From contig CAJFCJ010000030.1 of the NCBI GenBank assembly GCA_904063045.1, positions 186,001 to 250,000 on the forward strand: a DNA stretch of 64,000 nt, in the 5' to 3' direction. Source of the DNA: Dimorphilus gyrociliatus (taxonomy: Eukaryota; Animalia; Annelida). Both the position numbers and the translations under genes were made by a program. This document shows positions 59,219 to 64,000 of the stretch, piece after piece (position 1 is the stretch's first letter; every line of letters starts with the position of its first letter). A model generated the notes under the pieces. It saw only the letters and a program-made list of their open reading frames with translations, made no database searches and was not told the DNA's origin.

Positions 59219-62200
59219 TAAAATAATAAGCAGGTCACACCTTCTTTTGTCAGTAATATTCAAGTATTGTATATCATAATACTAAATGTTCCTGTGTAAA
59301 AGTTTCGAAAATGGTTTATAGCCCATATGCTAACACAAATAGAAAATTTTAATATCTTAGAAAGAGAAGCCTACTGTTTAAGTATGTATATTGTATATAC
59401 AGTATAAATATATATATATATATACTGCATATATGCATATATAGTATAGGATAGGTGTATATATGTATAGTATGCAAATATTTTTATTTGTATATTTTGT
59501 CATTTTCTGTCACATTAAATTGCTCATTCAACAATGTTTCTCTTATTAAATTTACTAGTTAGTTTCATAAAATAACCACTCGAATATAGCGCATTTATTG
59601 ATATTTATATAGAATAGATTATTGTCTATTCAGCTATTTTTTTTATGCAACATTTATACATGCTTGCAGAAATACAAAATATATATATATATATATATTG
59701 TACTTTAACATTAAGTACCTAACATCTTCTGCATATGCAATCTGACTATTTAGTCTATTGAGCTTCTGTCTTAGAATTAAAAAAAAGAATATTAATCTAG
59801 ATTATTGATAAAAACTGGTCCTATCAATAGTTAATTCATTGAAGATCTTAATTTCCATTGATATTTCCTTTCAAAAGAAAAGATTGACATTGTTTACTAA
59901 ATAGCATATAAGAAAATAGATAATTTTTTCAAATAGCGCTCTTGTACAACGTTATAACTGTAAGAATATTTTATCAAGTCAAGCACGAAATAACAAGCTA
60001 AATAACTTATATGCATATATTTTAAAGGTTTTTTTAGTAAATATAACAAGAATGAAAAATTCCAAAAAAAGCTACCAGCTATGAATAATGCCAATATTAT
60101 ATATTAATTAATTTCAATAACATTTTAAACATTAGTCTTAGTCCTATTGAACCTTTAGTTAAACTTTTTTTTATTGTAAACTCATTAGTAATCTATAACG
60201 TATAAATCATATCTTATATCTATTTTAATAAATGCTTTTATATGTTAGACATATAGATTTATTATAAAAAATAAGATTTTTCATGTATTTTACTCTAAAT
60301 TAAATTACCTGTTTTCTATTTGGTATATAGAGTTAGAAATTTTTAGGTATGAAATATTCAATACAGATGGCGTATGAGTTTTAGAAAGGAAGGCATATTA
60401 TAGCAACAATATATGAATATATAGTAGATATCTATAATAGCAATTCCCTTTCAAGAAGAGAAGAGATAAAATTATTTCTGTATAATTATCACGAGAGACT
60501 ATTTTTATAGAAAGACACTTTCGTTAGAAAGTTCTTTTACTTCTTAATTAGGTTATACAACATTTTTCTGGCTATTCTAAATCCCAATTCTGGTTTGCTT
60601 TCTGACATTTAATCCCTGTAGTGAACTCGACTCTCTCACTCACCACACCCCTTTATCACTTTTTAAAATATTGCGATTTTATACAAAGACACATATAGAT
60701 TCTTCTTCCCTGAGCTTTATAATTTATAAAGATGTTATTAAACAATATTAAGGTAATAATTTGTATAAATAGATGAATTGATTAAATAAAACATGCTTAA
60801 TGTCAGGAAGAAATATGCGAACTGTTTAAGTTAAGATATTTTACAAGTATATTTCTAATCGAAACCTAAATTGACATCAATATTGCGTAGGTGTTAAACC
60901 GATAGGTGCTTGTTTGAAATTGAATCAAAAGTTTTGGCCTACGAATTTTTCAGTATAAAATTAAAAAGATAGTCCAATACATTTAGATTATTTAATTAAT
61001 TAACTATAAACTTTTCCATTAAGAGTTCATATTGATTTGCAAAACTAGTTGTGTCTATTTTGCTTACAGATAATCCATTAACGTAAAAGTTAATGTATCT
61101 TAAAGAAATTTTTTATATTCCTTTGGTAGGAGTGTCTAATATATAAGTATACTCTTTCTATATGTACTAGGTACAGATATTAATAAAGTGAAAAATACAA
61201 TTTCCAGAGTGTTTTCCTATCGGGCAAGATCTAACTACGTATTGTATTTATCCTATCTATCTAATTTTTTTTCCATCTTCGATTAAACAGTTTTCTTACT
61301 CATTTTTATGAATACGTGGGAAGTCATACTAAATTCAATAATTTTCGATAATTAATGCAGTAGGTAACTTAAAAAAAGAAGAATTTATTATATTTTTCCA
61401 AGCTTATGTTATAAAATATATTGCTCTCTTCTCCAGTCAAGGTGCGTTTAGAATTTTCAATTATACAATAATACTGATAATTGATTGATATTTTTTTCTC
61501 TCTTTTATAAGACTTATTCTTGTAATCAAGTAAATTTATTAAAGCATTCTTGATGATAAGTATAAAATATATTTGACATTAATCCAAGACAATTAAACAA
61601 ATTAACCTTTAAAAGAGAACCATAGTTGATAAACCTGAATTAAACAAATAAATTGTGGCCGTTTTCTATATAGCCTTTATTTTATATTTGCTTATATTAT
61701 ATTATCTAAATTTTCTACATTGAGAAAAGGAATCACTTATAGCGCCATCTCTATAAAGGCAGATAGGATTGATTAATAAAATGAAATAATTAAAATTGTG
61801 TCATAAAACTATAAGAATTCATTCATTAGCCATTTACGCCAATGAATTCTACGCAAAAGTGGTAACCAAAGATTTTATCGATTGAGTACTGTGTTTGAAC
61901 TTAGACAGCAATTATTTATATTTAAAAGCTTCATATCATTTAAACACTTCAAAGCTCTCTTTAAGAATGTTATAAAATCTTTGTATTTGTGGCTACATGT
62001 TACATATGAGTGTTAATATTTTACTTTTTATTAGCAGATAGGAAAACAAAGTTACCTAATAAAACTGAAAATACCTTAAGACATAACTATTCTTTTTAAA
62101 AGAGGATCATTTCAAGTTCAAGCTCTTAAGTTATTTTTAAATCTGACTATAGTTTTTGTAATATAACAAAAACATATATTTCACTTAGATAAAGCCCAAC

Positions 62201-62913
62201 ATAGTTATTTACTATAATATTAAAATCTTTTCCTCTGTTTTCAAAATATAATTTATTTATTGTTCCGTTGGTTGGCAAAACAAACAGGTTTGTTCCACAT
62301 CAGGGATAGAATAGCCTGCTCAAGAGAAATTTATTAGTAACTCGTCAATAATTTTGTGTCGGCATACTAATTTTCTTTATTCCTTTATATATAAATGTTT
62401 GCATTTTTAGTATAAACTGTGAAATGGGTATTACTATAAATGTATATATACTTGCAGTATATCTGCCTAGCTTAATTATGCGTTTAAGAATTAAAACAGT
62501 ACTGGCTCAAAATATTAATCAAAATTTTTAATTCAAATGTTCTATTCAAAATAGGATACTTAAACAAGTAATTATATGAAAGTTCAATAGCAGATTGTCA
62601 AATTAGCAAAACGAGCATCGAATATGGAAGGGTGGAATTGTCTTGATGTATATTCTAAACGATACTAGTATAGGTGCCAATATAGTTTAAGCATGTAAGG
62701 AATATTATGCCATTGTACTAAATAAAAATCAGCAAACAAAAATTATTTATTACTGTATAACTTGAAAATTCACAGTTTATTTAATTACATTTCTTTTATA
62801 TTAGTATTTAAAACTCTTTTTATTTTAAAAGTTCAGTGTAGAAACAAAAAAAAAGTCAAACACATTGCACTTATTGATACTTTAGTTAAAAAATATTTCA
62901 GTTTTCTAACTAT

Positions 62914-63384
62914 TTAAAATAATGCATAGAGAATTCCAGAGAGTAGGAACAAAATCTGCAAGGCTGGCTTTATCATTGTTGATGAATTGCATTTATCAGC
63001 TTCACAAATACAAACTGAACTTGAAACAGAAAAAATAGAAACATCTTTACAACCAGTATGAGTTTTAAGTGGTGTACATGTTCTTGTGACTGTCTCTAGA
63101 GCTGTTTAAAGAAATTATTTAGTAATACTGACTAAAACTATACCTATTCTACTTACATCCAACTTTCTGAGTACTCTTTGAGCAATAGTTTCCAGTACAT
63201 GTACCAGCTTTCGAAGGATTATCTTTACAGTCGGAATTCGTTACACTTGTACAACTGTAGCAAGTTAAGGCTGAAAAAAGGAGAAAAGTGTTAAATTTTA
63301 AAATTTTAAACAATTTTATTACGAACCCGAAGTAATCGACATAAGAGAAAGGCTTAACAGTCCAAGGAAAAGTAAGTATTTCAT
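62914..63384 (-). CDS. Ly6/uPAR (three-finger, quiver/sleepless-like) GPI-type protein, 119 aa
   Basis: Exons 63384-63327 (signal MKYLLFLGLLSLSLMSITS), 63270-63157 (ALTCYSCTSVTNSDC..C..NYC.K) and 63101-62914 (VTRTC..GC..CICEADKCN, then hydrophobic tail LQILFLLSGILYALF*). All junctions are phase 1. Confidence 0.9.
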
Positions 63385-64000
63385 AATTTTTGTTAGAATT
63401 TTCAAACTGCTTAAAACGCAACTGCAAATGAACTTATAATGAAGTTTGAATTTTCTTTCAAGCTTTTATAGCTTTCCATGATGACAACTGTTGCTATAGT
63501 GTTTTTCATAAAATTGCAAATGAGCTTTCACAATGATACGAATGACTATTTGCTAAGAAGTTAGATTATTATAATTCTATAATTATATTAAGATTTCCAC
63601 TCTCTAAAAGTGTACTTAAAAAAAATAAGAAACTAAAACACCAAATAAGAAAACGAGAAAAAGAGTTATTTTTGGTAAAAGGTTCAGGATGAAGCTTTTA
63701 TTAACCATTTAAGAAGTAAAAGTTCAAAATCGTAATAAATGATTCAAAAATATCACTTCTTTATCATTTATAGTTTTTTGTAACATTTTAAAATTGGTTC
63801 TTCTCTTCTTTTCTTTTTTTTACATATAGCATCTTCGTTTCACCTGCAAACCGTTTCAGAGGACACACAAATACAATTCATATGTACTTATTGAAAAATA
63901 TTTACCTATAGATATAATCAATCAAATTTGCTACTTGAATATTTAAATAATTAATTAACGAGAAACCCTAATTAAATATATATTTCTAATATAATCTGTT

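Overview
This is AT-rich, gene-dense animal genomic DNA with many ~55-70 nt GT-AG introns, so the ORF track shows only exon fragments. The style suggests a compact invertebrate genome such as a small lophotrochozoan (inference, not established). I found no rRNA, tRNA, CRISPR array or intact transposon. Manual splicing gives these genes: TBC1D30 (+, with an alternative first exon); a TBC-less 212-aa paralog of the TBC1D30 C-terminal tail (+); a divergent eEF2 paralog (-); a Shisa/CX-like type I membrane protein with PY motifs (+); a HELZ2-like zinc finger/helicase/RNB/helicase protein (+); a GT92 glycosyltransferase (+); a CTL-CTL-mucin-9xCCP membrane protein (-) plus a decayed copy of one of its exons; a novel PKC of the delta/theta type (+); and a GPI-type Ly6/uPAR protein (-). 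The strongest observations are: (1) the eEF2 paralog keeps all GTPase motifs but has lost the diphthamide histidine and remodelled both domain IV tip loops; (2) 17 non-coding TATAC(A/T)GTATA motifs match the Tc1/mariner excision footprint; (3) the TBC1D30 tail paralog shows protein-level conservation; (4) the HELZ2 RNB active site has an Asp-to-Met change; (5) a duplicated Arg-rich exon may give a secreted cationic isoform. Splice models and alignments were done by eye from remembered family consensus; no database search was run.
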